A DNA stretch of 64,000 nt from an uncultured Candidatus Saccharibacteria bacterium (GTDB lineage: Bacteria > Patescibacteriota > Minisyncoccia > Phycocordibacterales > CSBR16-119). This document shows, in pieces, positions 17,739 to 29,019 of this stretch. Every line of letters begins with the position of its first letter. The first letter of the stretch is position 1. Location of the stretch: assembly GCA_964490365.1 (NCBI GenBank), contig CAZBAG010000003.1, positions 18,116 to 82,115 of the forward strand. Reading direction: 5' to 3'. The translations under genes were made by a program, and so were the position numbers. Under the pieces are notes generated by a model. It was not told the origin of the DNA and made no database searches. It was given only the letters and a program-made list of their open reading frames with translations.

Positions 17739-19454
17739 TTAATGAATGAAGTTCCACACTTTCTCAGTTCTGACATACCAGGTATTGACGTGACTCAATC
17801 GTTCAGAAGGGAGTGTGATATTAGTAATGTTAATATTGTGAATCTTGTCGTCCATCAGATAAATGAAATCTGGGGCGTATATAAATAGTGCGGGTAAATC
17901 TTTTTTAATCTCACTATCGATATCGGTAAAATATTTATGCTTCTCATCTTCATTTTGTGAGGTGAGGATTTTTTCAAGTAAACCATCTACCTTACTATTG
18001 GTGTAGCTTGCAATATTGAGTCCTGGGTCATTACGCTGACTTGAATGCCAGAATGCGAACAAATCTGATTCACTACTAATGATTTGTCCAAAGAACAGTG
18101 ATTCATAATCGCGTGGACGTATAACGCTTTGGTTAAGGTTGCCGATTTCAAAAACTTTTACATCAACAGCAATACCTACGCGTTTCAAATCTTCTTTGAT
18201 TAAGTTCGTGGTTGCTTGAAGTTCTGGGGCGTCGCCCGTAGAAATTGAAAATTTAAGAGCAGTTCCATTTTTTGTTCGCATGCCATCACTTCCGAGCACC
18301 CAACCTTCTCGATCAAGAAGTGAATTTGCTTGTGCAATTTCTTCTGTCTGAGTGCTCATTGTGGTTGAACCAGCCCCCTCATGCATCATTTTTGGAATAG
18401 GACCATCAATAACTTGTCCGTATCCTCCAAGTACTGTGGTTACGATAGTGTCTTTATCAATTGCTAAATGAATAGCTTGTACAATATTTTTATTTCTAAA
18501 AATCTCTTGTTTATTGCTATTGAAAAATAGACCAAAAATCCTTGAAAGATTTACATGGGTAATTGTTTCTCCTTCAGATTCAAGCGCTCGTGCTTGCGTG
18601 CCACTGATTGCGTTTATTTGATCAATCTTATGTTTGCGAAATGCTTTGGTTAGGTCTTCTTCGTTTCGATAGAAGACAAATGTTATTTTATGAATATAGG
18701 CTGGCGCACCAGTGTAGTTTTTAAATGCAACAAGAGAGATGCTCTCGATGAGGCCATTCTTCTTCTTTTCAATATGAGAAATTTTATATGGTCCAGATCC
18801 AATCGCACTAATATTACTATCAGAGAATGTAAAATCTTCAGTATCTAAATCTCTCCATAGATGTGCTGGTAAAATTCCGATAGAGGCATTTTCAAGAAAA
18901 TTGCCATATGATGCCGCAAGTTTAAATTCCACCGTTCGTTCATCAATTTTGGTAACAGACACGTTTTGCCAGTTTGCTTGATGTGGACTCTTGAGTGAGC
19001 CATTTTGTATTTGAGTGATCGTAAACACAACATCGTCAGCCGTAACCCTTGTATTGTCGTGAAAAACAGCAGAAGGTTTTAGTATAAAAGTATACAAAGT
19101 TTTTTCATTGTTTACTGTGTAGCTTTCTGCCAAATCATATTCCATAACTCCATCAGAGCTTTTTTTCATGAGTCCTGAAAAAAGAATCGTCGTAAGATCT
19201 TTATCTGTACTTGTACTTGCAAGAACAGGATTGATAAATCGTGGCGATCCAATCACTCCTTCTTTAATAGAGCCACCAGCAAGCGGTCTCTCGACAAGGT
19301 ATTTTTCATTGAGAGTATCTAAAATAAGAAAACCACTTACAAAAAATATGGTAAGTAAGAGTAAAAAGAGAAGCATTTGGCCATACGTAAACGCGTGAAT
19401 AGCCTGATTAATTTTAATTTTTGAGGAGAACGTATTCCCCGAATCTTTGTTCAT
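17739..19454 (-). CDS. ABC transporter substrate-binding protein, family 5 (peptide/nickel type), N-terminally anchored
   Basis: A 571-aa protein with an N-terminal transmembrane anchor and an OppA/DppA-like fold pattern. Confidence 0.7.
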   Translation of the reverse strand: MNKDSGNTFSSKIKINQAIHAFTYGQMLLFLLLLTIFFVSGFLILDTLNEKYLVERPLAGGSIKEGVIGSPRFINPVLASTSTDKDLTTILFSGLMKKSSDGVMEYDLAESYTVNNEKTLYTFILKPSAVFHDNTRVTADDVVFTITQIQNGSLKSPHQANWQNVSVTKIDERTVEFKLAASYGNFLENASIGILPAHLWRDLDTEDFTFSDSNISAIGSGPYKISHIEKKKNGLIESISLVAFKNYTGAPAYIHKITFVFYRNEEDLTKAFRKHKIDQINAISGTQARALESEGETITHVNLSRIFGLFFNSNKQEIFRNKNIVQAIHLAIDKDTIVTTVLGGYGQVIDGPIPKMMHEGAGSTTMSTQTEEIAQANSLLDREGWVLGSDGMRTKNGTALKFSISTGDAPELQATTNLIKEDLKRVGIAVDVKVFEIGNLNQSVIRPRDYESLFFGQIISSESDLFAFWHSSQRNDPGLNIASYTNSKVDGLLEKILTSQNEDEKHKYFTDIDSEIKKDLPALFIYAPDFIYLMDDKIHNINITNITLPSERLSHVNTWYVRTEKVWNFIH

Positions 19455-19470
19455 AGATAAATTGACCCGT

Positions 19471-19692
19471 TTAGATCACGGCCAAGATAGAAGAAACAAC
19501 AAGAAGGACAGCTAACACAATAGTTAGTCTAAATAGGAACTTTTCAAAACCTCTTCTTGTATGGTAGGTGCTACCACTGTCGTTTCCACTACCAAACGCA
19601 CCGCCTAAGCTGGCTTCAGATTTTTGTAGTAAAACACTTATTATTAATAGAATGGATAGTATAATCTGTACCCAAGGTAATATACTGTTCAT
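19471..19692 (-). CDS. secG: Preprotein translocase subunit SecG
   Basis: A 73-aa protein from the second ATG: MNSILPWVQIILSILLIISVLLQKSEASLGGAFGSGN...RRGFEKFLFRLTIVLAVLLVV. Two transmembrane segments and a Gly-rich loop are typical of SecG. Confidence 0.65.
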   Translation of the reverse strand: MNSILPWVQIILSILLIISVLLQKSEASLGGAFGSGNDSGSTYHTRRGFEKFLFRLTIVLAVLLVVSSILAVI

Positions 19693-19838
19693 GCTCCCTA
19701 TACTATCAGATTTAAAAACTAAGGCAAGTCGGCAAAAATATGCACTTTTTGAATAGAATGATGTACTTTTCAAAAAAACTCTGTTTGGTATGATTAAGGT
19801 ATAGACTTATTACTAATATAAGTTTTCATAGTAACGTT

Positions 19839-20360
19839 ATGTTTTTCGAAACCCTTAAAGCAAATCTTCTCATTATTATATTTTTCGGCATAGTTCTTTT
19901 ACTCGGTTATTGGGCTGTTATTTCTTTGCAGGTTAACCCCGAAGAATTTACTGCGCAAACAACAGACGTTCGTCCTATTATTGAAAACGAACCAACTGGA
20001 TATGGCACTGTTGTTGATTCAAATCCAGAAACATCTGTAACGCCAGCACCTCCTTCATCCACACCATCTAGTCAGACACCATCCACGACATCTGGTGAGC
20101 ATGAAAATCTTATTGCAGACTTGCAAGAGCTTGTTGATGACAATGTGCTTATGAAAAAGGGAAGTCGTGGCACGCGAGTAGGAACAGTGCAAGAATTTTT
20201 AAATATCTACAACGGCACTGATTCAAAAATTGATAATGACTACGGAGCAACAACTGAAAATCAAATAAAAGCATTTCAAAAAGCAGAAGGACTTACATCA
20301 GATGGACAAGCAGGGCCAGGAACCTATACAAAAATGATTGAGTGGTTACGCAAACAATAA
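19839..20360 (+). CDS. Membrane-anchored protein with a Pro/Ser/Thr linker and a C-terminal peptidoglycan-binding-like domain
   Basis: N-terminal transmembrane segment, a PAPPSSTPSSQTPSTTSG linker and a C-terminal ...TRVGTVQEFL...LTSDGQAGPGTY segment resembling PG_binding_1. Confidence 0.55.
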   Translation: MFFETLKANLLIIIFFGIVLLLGYWAVISLQVNPEEFTAQTTDVRPIIENEPTGYGTVVDSNPETSVTPAPPSSTPSSQTPSTTSGEHENLIADLQELVDDNVLMKKGSRGTRVGTVQEFLNIYNGTDSKIDNDYGATTENQIKAFQKAEGLTSDGQAGPGTYTKMIEWLRKQ

Positions 20361-20574
20361 ACAAAAAAATTTCACACACTCGTGTGAATTTTTTTTATAA
20401 TTATTTTTGAAAAATATTTTTGTAAAGTTTTCCACAAAAGTTTTTCTTTTTTATTGTTTTATTTTTTGTATAAGAGATAATTATCTATGTAAGTGTAATA
20501 GTTTTCATAAGTTAGAAAATAATTTATGTATGTCGGAACTGTTACTTTTATTATTTAGTTGTTAAATAACTATC

Positions 20575-20679
20575 ATGGCTGCAAAAAAGAAAGCAAAGAA
20601 AGTAGCAAAGAAAAAAGTTGCTAAAAAGAAAGTAGCAAAAAAGACAGCGAAGAAGAAATCTTCTCGCCGCCGAAGATAA
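20575..20679 (+). CDS. 34-aa Lys-rich basic peptide (MAAKKKAKKVAKKKVAKKKVAKKTAKKKSSRRRR)
   Basis: The ATG lies in an AT-rich leader. A strong terminator AACCCCGTAACAGGGGTTCTTATTTTT follows at 20703-20735. Below the ORF-track threshold. Confidence 0.4.
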   Translation: MAAKKKAKKVAKKKVAKKKVAKKTAKKKSSRRRR

Positions 20680-20786
20680 TTCTCAGTTGTCTGCCTTGTA
20701 AATAAGAACCCCGTAACAGGGGTTCTTATTTTTATGGTTTCTGTCGCTCCTTTTATAACACCCCCAAAAATGCTACTATCTTTAGT

Positions 20787-23318
20787 ATGTCATTTTTAAC
20801 GAATATAAAGGCTCTTTTTGGTGATCAAAACCAGTCTTTTCTTAACCAATCAAAGAAAATAGTAGAAAAAATCAATAGTCTGGAATCTGAAATTTCAGCA
20901 CTTTCTGATGAAGATTTTCCTCGAAAAACAGCAGAATTAAAAGAACGTCTCCAACAAGGAGAAAGTCTCGACGATATTTTACCTGAAGCTTTTGCACTTG
21001 TTCGAGAAGTGTCTGTTCGAACTCGCGGACAAAGACATTACGATGTACAGCTCATCGGTGGTATTGCCATACATAAAGGTAATATTGCTGAAATGAGAAC
21101 AGGAGAAGGAAAAACTCTCGTGGCAACGCTACCAGCATATTTAAATGCACTAACAGGCGAAGGTGTGCATGTGGTAACTGTGAACGACTTCTTGGCGCGA
21201 CGTGATGCAACATGGATGGGGCAAGTGTACAGCAAGCTCGGCCTTTCTGTCGGAATTGTTAACTCACAAGGCGTGTCATATTTGTATGATGCAACAATCA
21301 CTGGAGAAAAAGACGAAGAACGAGATGAAGTTGGTTCATTTAAAGTGGTGTATGAATTTCTGAAGCCATGTACACGCAAAGAAGCCTATGCCGCAGATAT
21401 TACCTATGGAACAAATAATGAATTTGGTTTCGACTATTTGCGCGACAATTTAGCGATCATGAAAGACGGAATTGTTGGTAGACCATATAATTTTGCAATT
21501 GTTGATGAAATCGACTCTATTCTTATCGACGAAGCGCGAACCCCACTCATCATCTCGGCTCCAGCAGAAGATTCAGAAAGTTTGTATACAAAATTTGCTG
21601 ATATCGCAAAGATACTTAACAAAACAGAACACTACGAAGTTGATGAGAAATTACGAGCAATTACCCTAAACGACGCAGGTATTCAAAAAGCAGAAAGCAT
21701 GCTCGGTATTGAAAATATTTATACAGAAAAGGGAATTAAGCTAGTTCACCATCTTGAAACTGCTGTCCGTGCACAAGCTTTGTTTTCTCGTGATAAAGAG
21801 TATGTAGTGAATAATGGTGAAGTTATTATTATTGACCAATCTACTGGCCGTATGATGCCGGGCCGACGTTTCAACCAAGGACTCCACCAAGCACTCGAAG
21901 CAAAAGAAGGAGTAAAAATTCAAAAAGAAACAAAGACTGTTGCTTCAATTACGTATCAAAACTACTTTAAGTTTTATAAAAAACTTTCAGGTATGACAGG
22001 TACGGCAAAAACTTCAAGTGAAGAATTTTTTGGTGTGTATGGTCTCGATGTAATCACGATTCCAACGCATAAAAATATTGCGAGAGTTGATCTCAACGAC
22101 CAAATCTACCAAACAGAGATAGGTAAATTTAAGGCGATTGCAAAGAAAATAAAAGAAGTTCACCAAACTGGTCAGCCAATACTTATTGGTACTATTTCTA
22201 TTGAACGAAACGAAATGCTTTCTAATTTCTTGAATCAAGAAGGTGTTCCTCACACGATCTTGAATGCTAAAAAGCATGAAAGTGAAGGAGAGGTGATCGC
22301 CGGAGCAGGAAGACTGGGTGCAGTGACCATTGCAACCAACATGGCTGGAAGAGGTATCGACATTAAACTTGGTGGCGAACTCGCAACAGAAGAAGAGTCA
22401 AAAAAGATTAAAGATCTTGGTGGATTGTTTGTGCTTGGTACTGAACGACACGAATCAAGAAGAATCGACAATCAGCTTCGAGGTCGTGCAGGACGACAAG
22501 GTGATCCAGGAACAACTCAGTTCTTTGTATCACTCGACGATGATTTGATGCGAGTATTCGGAGGCGATCGAATTAAAACAATGATGGGACGATTTGGTAT
22601 TGCTGAAGATCAGCCAATAGAAAACAACATGATTACCGGAGCTCTTGAAAGTGCTCAGAAAAAGATTGAAGGGTTTAACTATGATGCACGTAAACGTACT
22701 CTTGAGTACGATAATGTACTTAGTACTCAACGGAAAGCCGTCTATGAGCGAAGACGAAAGATGCTTTTCGCAGACGACGTCGAAATTAAAAACCATCTTG
22801 TTTCTCTTGCTTCTGATACTGCTCGTATCGACCAAGTTATTACAGAAAAAATCGCTCTTGTTGGCGAGGAGGCTTTCTGGAAAACAGTTCGAAGAATCAT
22901 TCTCCATGTTACTGATGTGTTGTGGACTGAACACCTCGAAACCATGGATTATGTACGTTCATCAGTAAACTTGCGAGCGTACGGACAACGAGAGCCGCTT
23001 ATTGAATACACAAAAGAAGGTTTGAATCTGTATCGAGTTATGGAATCAATGCTCGGAGAACAAGTGCTTTCACTTGTTGAAACAATTAGGCCAACTGAGG
23101 CTCAGCAAGAAGTGCGAGAAGCACCAAAACAATATATTGAAAATTCTGGAAAAGATGAAGAAGTTAAAGGGAAAACTATTACAAACACTGATGCAGATAA
23201 GATTGGTAGGAATGATATAGTGATTATCGAAAAAGATGGAAAGATAGAAGAAATGAAATTTAAAAAAGCAGAGAGTTTGCTTGCTGAAGGTTGGGTGTTG
23301 AAAGGGAAGAAGGATTAA
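20787..23318 (+). CDS. secA: Preprotein translocase ATPase SecA
   Basis: DEAD-like motor motifs (MRTGEGKTLVATL, VDEIDSILIDEARTPLIIS) and 843-aa length. A terminator follows at 23325-23362. Confidence 0.95.
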   Translation: MSFLTNIKALFGDQNQSFLNQSKKIVEKINSLESEISALSDEDFPRKTAELKERLQQGESLDDILPEAFALVREVSVRTRGQRHYDVQLIGGIAIHKGNIAEMRTGEGKTLVATLPAYLNALTGEGVHVVTVNDFLARRDATWMGQVYSKLGLSVGIVNSQGVSYLYDATITGEKDEERDEVGSFKVVYEFLKPCTRKEAYAADITYGTNNEFGFDYLRDNLAIMKDGIVGRPYNFAIVDEIDSILIDEARTPLIISAPAEDSESLYTKFADIAKILNKTEHYEVDEKLRAITLNDAGIQKAESMLGIENIYTEKGIKLVHHLETAVRAQALFSRDKEYVVNNGEVIIIDQSTGRMMPGRRFNQGLHQALEAKEGVKIQKETKTVASITYQNYFKFYKKLSGMTGTAKTSSEEFFGVYGLDVITIPTHKNIARVDLNDQIYQTEIGKFKAIAKKIKEVHQTGQPILIGTISIERNEMLSNFLNQEGVPHTILNAKKHESEGEVIAGAGRLGAVTIATNMAGRGIDIKLGGELATEEESKKIKDLGGLFVLGTERHESRRIDNQLRGRAGRQGDPGTTQFFVSLDDDLMRVFGGDRIKTMMGRFGIAEDQPIENNMITGALESAQKKIEGFNYDARKRTLEYDNVLSTQRKAVYERRRKMLFADDVEIKNHLVSLASDTARIDQVITEKIALVGEEAFWKTVRRIILHVTDVLWTEHLETMDYVRSSVNLRAYGQREPLIEYTKEGLNLYRVMESMLGEQVLSLVETIRPTEAQQEVREAPKQYIENSGKDEEVKGKTITNTDADKIGRNDIVIIEKDGKIEEMKFKKAESLLAEGWVLKGKKD

Positions 23319-23373
23319 TAAAAAAGAAAAAGCCCTGAGCGCGTCGCGTCAGGGCTTTTTTATATGTAGAGAA

Positions 23374-23802
23374 TCATTGATTTTTGAAATCAAGACCATA
23401 TCCTTCAAGTAGTTGTTCCAGTTCTTCAATGGTTTTCTTACCCATGTTGTGCATCTGTAGTAACCTGCTCCTGCTATAAAGTACAAGGTCTCCTAGTGTT
23501 TCAATTTTAAGATATTGGAGTATCTTCTGAGCTCTGACAGACAGGTTACAGTCAACAATCTTTTTGTTTAGCACGTGATCAGGCGGGAGTCTGAGTTTGT
23601 CGATTGCTCTTGAGAGTAGTACCCACTCATCTTCACGCGTGTCAGTGTTGGGTCGAAAAACAAATTCAATAGAGTCTTTAACTTTTCCTCTTTTGATTGT
23701 TACTGATTCTCTGAGTTGTTCAGGAATGCCTGGAAATACTTTGCTTGTCAGATCACTCTTGTTAAGTTCTATTGAAATGCTCCCGAGCTTTATGATTGCC
23801 AT
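23374..23802 (-). CDS. Stand-alone protein with an RNA polymerase alpha-subunit C-terminal-domain-like helix-hairpin-helix fold
   Basis: The C-terminal 60 aa (LSVRAQKILQYLKIETLGDLVLYSRSRLLQMHNMGKKTIEELEQLL) resembles the alpha-CTD helix-hairpin-helix. The N-terminal 80 aa are unassigned. Confidence 0.45.
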   Translation of the reverse strand: MAIIKLGSISIELNKSDLTSKVFPGIPEQLRESVTIKRGKVKDSIEFVFRPNTDTREDEWVLLSRAIDKLRLPPDHVLNKKIVDCNLSVRAQKILQYLKIETLGDLVLYSRSRLLQMHNMGKKTIEELEQLLEGYGLDFKNQ

Positions 23803-24143
23803 GTTCGATGGTTCTTGTTGTTCAGTTCATTGTTATTTTTTACATAATTTTACATTTTTGTCAATTTTTTAACCCTTTAAAATAAGGATTTTGGGTCAAA
23901 ATGAGCCAAAATATTGAGAAAAAACTTTTAGGTTGCAGAAGGGAAAATACTCAAAAACTCATATTTTAAAGCGTTTATAGGACTTGACAGACTAAAATTT
24001 TAGGGTATTGACAAAAAAAATAGGGCATGCTAAGATATGGACGTAAGTCCCGTCGGGGGCTTTTTTGTTTGCCTAAGGGTGAACAACGACCATTTATAAC
24101 TACATAGTAGTTTCAAAAGACTTGTTTAAGTCTTTTTCTATGA

Positions 24144-24830
24144 GTGGTCTTCTGTCATGGTGTTGTCGGAGCGAAACCGTCACATATGAATAAAATATAT
24201 AAGAGTTTCAGCAATTCATTGCACTCGTTTATCCTCTTACCTTTACTGGTAACGAATATTTCTGGAGGTGTCGATAGTAAGATCGATCTTTCTGGGCTCG
24301 AGGATAGCATTAAGTCTGGTTTCGGAGTAACCGAAATGATAGATGAGCAAACAGCTCTTTTAAATGAACAAAAGGTAAAAGCTGCTAAAATCGACGCATA
24401 CTTCGGTAAATATAATTTACCAGCCGAAGGGCATGGTATGGCGATGGTTGTTGCGGCTGAAAAATATGGCCTCGACTGGAGATTACTTCCTGCTCTTGCA
24501 AAACTTGAGACAACAGGAGGAAAGCATACGTGTAAAAATCCAAAAGGTGTAAACAACTGGTTTGGATGGGGTTCTTGTAAGATTGGATTCGATTCCGTTG
24601 AAGAATCATTCGATGTTATCGCAAAGAACCTAACAGGAAATAATCCTAAGACTGCACATTACTATAAAGGTAAGAGTGTAGAAAAAATTCTAGAAGTATA
24701 TAACCCACCAGCAACTCCAGGTATTACTCCTAACTACCACAAACTTGCGTTTAAGATTATGGGCGAGATTGAAGGTATGGATGTAAACCAAGAGGCCCTT
24801 AAACAAGACATGCTTGTCTTGAATAAGTAA
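24144..24830 (+). CDS. Secreted hypothetical protein (the start may be the internal ATG at 24186)
   Basis: Signal-like N-terminus. A -35/-10 pair (TTGACA-17-TAAGAT) lies at 24011-24039. No family was recognised. Confidence 0.45.
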   Translation: MVFCHGVVGAKPSHMNKIYKSFSNSLHSFILLPLLVTNISGGVDSKIDLSGLEDSIKSGFGVTEMIDEQTALLNEQKVKAAKIDAYFGKYNLPAEGHGMAMVVAAEKYGLDWRLLPALAKLETTGGKHTCKNPKGVNNWFGWGSCKIGFDSVEESFDVIAKNLTGNNPKTAHYYKGKSVEKILEVYNPPATPGITPNYHKLAFKIMGEIEGMDVNQEALKQDMLVLNK

Positions 24831-24932
24831 AAATAAGTAAACAAAAATCCGCGCAGAAATGCGCGGCTTTTTGTTGTGTGAGTTGTGTAAAAAGACAAGA
24901 CCGCGAAATATTCGCGGTCGAGCTTGTCTTAC

Positions 24933-25148
24933 TTAGTAGTCTTCTTGCAGGATTAACCTGTCATTTCTTTCATTGGCCTTAGCTTCACGCCAGACTCCAT
25001 GAAAGAATTCACGGACCTGCCTTTTTGAAGTTGTTAGTAAGTTGTTAAAGTGTGCGTTTAGTGCCTTGAGGAACAGAAAGCTTTCCTCTTTAGACAACTC
25101 ATGTTCGGCTATACGGATAGCCTCTGTTTGTCCATCTGTTGTCCACAT
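24933..25148 (-). CDS. Small hypothetical protein (71 aa)
   Basis: An ORF between dnaE and two terminator hairpins at 24838-24931. Confidence 0.25.
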   Translation of the reverse strand: MWTTDGQTEAIRIAEHELSKEESFLFLKALNAHFNNLLTTSKRQVREFFHGVWREAKANERNDRLILQEDY

Positions 25149-25200
25149 GATGTATTGTACTGGTTTATTTTATTTTACTGATTCAGTAATATTTAGTCAA

Positions 25201-28200
25201 TTAAATCTCCTTCAAAGATTCAATCATAATACTTTTTTCTCCATCACGAATGGTGAGTTTACCTTTCACTGCAATACACTTATTTTCGATAAGAAGTGTT
25301 GCGTATTCACGAAATGTTTCTGGGAAGGCGACAGCCTCTATGGTTCCTGTAAGATCAGCAAGTTTTATAAATGCCATTTGTCCACCTTTCTTTGTAATCA
25401 CTTTTCGGATACTTTCAATCATTGCTGCACAGACAACGTTCATATTTTGGTAACCAATTTCAGCTAACTTTTTAAAATCCATACCACTTTTATCTATTTT
25501 TTCTTTGACACGCTCAAGAGGGTGTCCAGAAATATAGAGGCCCAATAGCTCTTTTTCCCATACAAGTTTTTCTTCTTTTGTTGCAATGCCACCATCCTTA
25601 ATGGTTAGTTTTGATTTTGGTGTCATGTCAGCTCCAAACAGAGATCCTTGATTCTTATCAACTTTCGAAAATGATTTATTAAAAGCCAAGAGCTCTTCCA
25701 TACTTTGTAGAAATGTTCCTCTATCGCCAAAATCATCCATGGCTCCAGCTTTGATAAGTGCCTCGAGTGATTTCTTTGTGAGGTTTTTGTGTTGTACTCG
25801 CTCAAGGAAATCTTCCATTGAATTAAATTTACCTCTCACCTTTCTTTCTTCAATAATTGCATCAGAAATATCGTACCCCAAGTTTTTAATGGTGTAGAAT
25901 CCAAAGCGAATTTTATCAAGCTGTTCTCCTTCAACGCGCCTAATCACCGTGAAGTTTCCAAAACATTCATTAATGTTTGGTGGAAGTACTTCAATATTCA
26001 TCTTTTTACATTCGTGAATAATTTCAGAGACTCGCTCCACATCTCCCGACTCGGCGGTGAGGATGGCTGTCATATAGGGTACAGGGAAGTTTGCTTTCAT
26101 GTATGCAGTCTGGTACGCCAAACGTCCGTAACTCGCAGCGTGAGCTTTGTTAAAGCCGTAGGCAGCAAATGGTTCGATAAGAGCCCAAAGTTCTTCAGCT
26201 TTCTTTTCAGTCATACCGTTTTTCAAAAGACCTTCCATAAGTTTTTCTTTTTCAGCCATCATAACTTCAGGAATTTTCTTTCCCATTGCTTTTCGAAGTT
26301 TGTCGGCTTCAAGCCAAGAATATCCAGCAAGTTTAATAGAAATCATCATCACGTCATCTTGGTAGGTGATCACACCATAGGAAAGATCAAGAATATCTTT
26401 CATACGAGGATCAAGAAAACGAATAAGGGCGTGATTGTGTTTTCGTTTGATATATTCTGGAATCATTTCCATTGGTCCAGGCCGATAGAGTGCCACCATG
26501 GCGTTGATATCGTCAATAACTGATGGCGCAAGCTCCTTTAAATACCGTGTCATACCAGATGAAGATAGCTGGAATACACCCATTGTTTTTCCTTCAGCAA
26601 GCATTTTAAATGTTTTGGGATCATCCATGGGGATGTTTTCAACTTCAATTTTTACACCCTCTATTTTATCCACGAGCGTCACCGAGTCAGCAAGGATGGC
26701 TAAGTTTCGAAGTCCTAGGAAGTCGAATTTAATAAGCCCAGCAGCTTCAACAGCGTGCATGTCGTATTGAGTGATAATTTTTCCACCCTTAGGATCGAGT
26801 TGTACAGGAGCATAGTCATCGACACTTGTTGGAGAAATCACCACGCCCGCGGCATGTACAGAAATGTGTCGTGCACAGCCTTCAATTTTCTTTGCCATGT
26901 CAATTACTTCTTTGACGACTTTGTCATTTTCATACATTTCTTTAAGTTCTGGTTCAATACCAATAGCAATATCAATCGTCATAGGAAAGCCCTGTTTTCC
27001 AAGGGGAATGAGTTTTGAAATTTTATCACCAACATCATATGGGTACCCAAGTGCTCGTGCTACATCACGCACTGCTCCACGAGCTTGCATGGTTCCAAAG
27101 GTACCAATTTGCGCTACTGCACGTTCACCATATTTTCGCTTTGCGTACTCAATCACTTCATCACGTCGATTATCGGCAAAGTCCATATCAATATCGGGAG
27201 CTGATGGACGTTCAGGGTTAAGAAATCGTTCAAAGGGAAGTTTAAAACGAAATGGATCAACGTTCGTGATACCAAGGAGATAGGTGGTGATTGAACCAGC
27301 AACAGAACCTCGAATGTTCGTTAGAATACCATTTTCGTTGGCAAAGCGAATAAGGTCACCCACAATAAGGAGGTAAATAGAAAATCCTTTATTTTTAATA
27401 ATTTCAAGTTCATAGTCTATTCTTTTGATAATTTCTGCAGATTCTTGTCCGTATCGTTTTGGAATTCCTTCAAGAACATATTTTCTAAGTTGTGTTTCTG
27501 GGGTGTGCCCATCTTCAAGACCAAACTTTGGAAATACCCATGAACCAAGTTCAAGGTTAATGTCTACCATGTCAGCGACTTTTACTGTGTTCTCAACGGC
27601 TTCTGGGATATCTTTAAAATATGTTAAAGCACCTTCAGGATTTATGAAGTGGTAGTCACCGGTGAATTTAAAGTTTGTACTGTTGGTGTTGATAGCGAGA
27701 AGGGTATTGTGAGCTTCGTTGTCATGTTCATGCAGGTAGTGTGAATCCCACGTTGCGACAATAGGAATATCATATTTTTTTGAAAGTGTTTGAAGACCCT
27801 CTTTCACAAGTTCAGTTCCTTCAACTTCACTGTGGTTCATGAATTCAAGAAAGAAATTTTCCTTGCCGAAAATGCTGATATATTTTTCAATAATCTGTTC
27901 TGCGCGTTCTTGGTTTTTAGCACGAAGTGCATGAGCAAGTTCTCCAGCAGGGCATCCTGAAAGACAAATAATACCTTCAGAGTATGTTCTTAAAATCTCT
28001 TCATCCATACGGGGTTTGTAGTAGTAGCCTTCAAGAAATGAAAGTGAAACAAGCTTCATTAAGTTTCGATATCCTGTGTTATTTTTTGCAAGAAGAGTAA
28101 GGTGATATCTTTTACTATCGACACCAGACTCTTTATCGTGTCGTGTTCGCTCGGCAATATATGCCTCTACACCAATAATTGGTTTAATCCCAGCATCTTT

Positions 28201-28368
28201 ACATTCTTTGTAAAATTCAATTGCTCCATACATTGCGCCGTGATCGGTAATTGCAAGTGCGGGCATATTAAATTCTTTTGCTTTTGCTACAAGATCCTCA
28301 ATTTTAGAAAGCCCATCCAGGAGGGAATAGTGAGAATGAGTGTGGAGATGGACAAACTTTGCTGACAT
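25201..28368 (-). CDS. dnaE: DNA polymerase III alpha subunit
   Basis: PHP domain [13 protein letters not shown], polymerase core, and an OB fold near the C-terminus. The protein is 1055 aa. Confidence 0.95.
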   Translation of the reverse strand: MSAKFVHLHTHSHYSLLDGLSKIEDLVAKAKEFNMPALAITDHGAMYGAIEFYKECKDAGIKPIIGVEAYIAERTRHDKESGVDSKRYHLTLLAKNNTGYRNLMKLVSLSFLEGYYYKPRMDEEILRTYSEGIICLSGCPAGELAHALRAKNQERAEQIIEKYISIFGKENFFLEFMNHSEVEGTELVKEGLQTLSKKYDIPIVATWDSHYLHEHDNEAHNTLLAINTNSTNFKFTGDYHFINPEGALTYFKDIPEAVENTVKVADMVDINLELGSWVFPKFGLEDGHTPETQLRKYVLEGIPKRYGQESAEIIKRIDYELEIIKNKGFSIYLLIVGDLIRFANENGILTNIRGSVAGSITTYLLGITNVDPFRFKLPFERFLNPERPSAPDIDMDFADNRRDEVIEYAKRKYGERAVAQIGTFGTMQARGAVRDVARALGYPYDVGDKISKLIPLGKQGFPMTIDIAIGIEPELKEMYENDKVVKEVIDMAKKIEGCARHISVHAAGVVISPTSVDDYAPVQLDPKGGKIITQYDMHAVEAAGLIKFDFLGLRNLAILADSVTLVDKIEGVKIEVENIPMDDPKTFKMLAEGKTMGVFQLSSSGMTRYLKELAPSVIDDINAMVALYRPGPMEMIPEYIKRKHNHALIRFLDPRMKDILDLSYGVITYQDDVMMISIKLAGYSWLEADKLRKAMGKKIPEVMMAEKEKLMEGLLKNGMTEKKAEELWALIEPFAAYGFNKAHAASYGRLAYQTAYMKANFPVPYMTAILTAESGDVERVSEIIHECKKMNIEVLPPNINECFGNFTVIRRVEGEQLDKIRFGFYTIKNLGYDISDAIIEERKVRGKFNSMEDFLERVQHKNLTKKSLEALIKAGAMDDFGDRGTFLQSMEELLAFNKSFSKVDKNQGSLFGADMTPKSKLTIKDGGIATKEEKLVWEKELLGLYISGHPLERVKEKIDKSGMDFKKLAEIGYQNMNVVCAAMIESIRKVITKKGGQMAFIKLADLTGTIEAVAFPETFREYATLLIENKCIAVKGKLTIRDGEKSIMIESLKEI

Positions 28369-28394
28369 AAGTGGCTATATTTTAGCATAAAACC

Positions 28395-29015
28395 ATGTGG
28401 TACTATAGGCAGATGGAATACCCTTATTTTATAGGAGTAGACGAGGTGGGGCGTGGTCCGGTGGCTGGTCCTGTCTATGTTTGCGCGTTGTTTATTTCAG
28501 CAGAAAATCTACAAACCTTACTTACGGAGGCAGGAAAATTGCCACTTCGAGATTCCAAAAAGCTCACAGAGAACATGCGTAAAAAGTGGTTTACCAAAAT
28601 CACAGAGTATGCCGATAAAGGTTTTTTGAAATATGTTGTTTCAAAGGCTTCAGCAAAAGAAATTGATGACAAGGGAATTGCCGTCTGCATTAAAGCGAGC
28701 GTGAAAAACTCTGTTATAAAAATTGATGCTGACAAAGAAACCACAAAAGTATTTTTAGATGGAGGACTTTCGGTCGGAGAACATTTTATTGAAGAATCTG
28801 TTATTAAGGGTGATGAAACGATTCCGGCTATCTCTCTTGCTTCTATCGTTGCAAAAGTGCTCAGAGATCAAGAAATGGTTGAGTTAGGTATTCAGTATCC
28901 TGAATACCAATTTGAGAAGCATAAGGGATATGGTACAAAAGCTCATCTCGATGCAATTAGTCGACATGGTTTAACCGAGATACACAGGACAACTTTTTTA
29001 AAGAACTATATTTAA
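28395..29015 (+). CDS. rnhB: Ribonuclease HII
   Basis: GVDEVGRGPVAGPVYV catalytic motif. Confidence 0.9.
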   Translation: MWYYRQMEYPYFIGVDEVGRGPVAGPVYVCALFISAENLQTLLTEAGKLPLRDSKKLTENMRKKWFTKITEYADKGFLKYVVSKASAKEIDDKGIAVCIKASVKNSVIKIDADKETTKVFLDGGLSVGEHFIEESVIKGDETIPAISLASIVAKVLRDQEMVELGIQYPEYQFEKHKGYGTKAHLDAISRHGLTEIHRTTFLKNYI

Positions 29016-29019
29016 TAAT

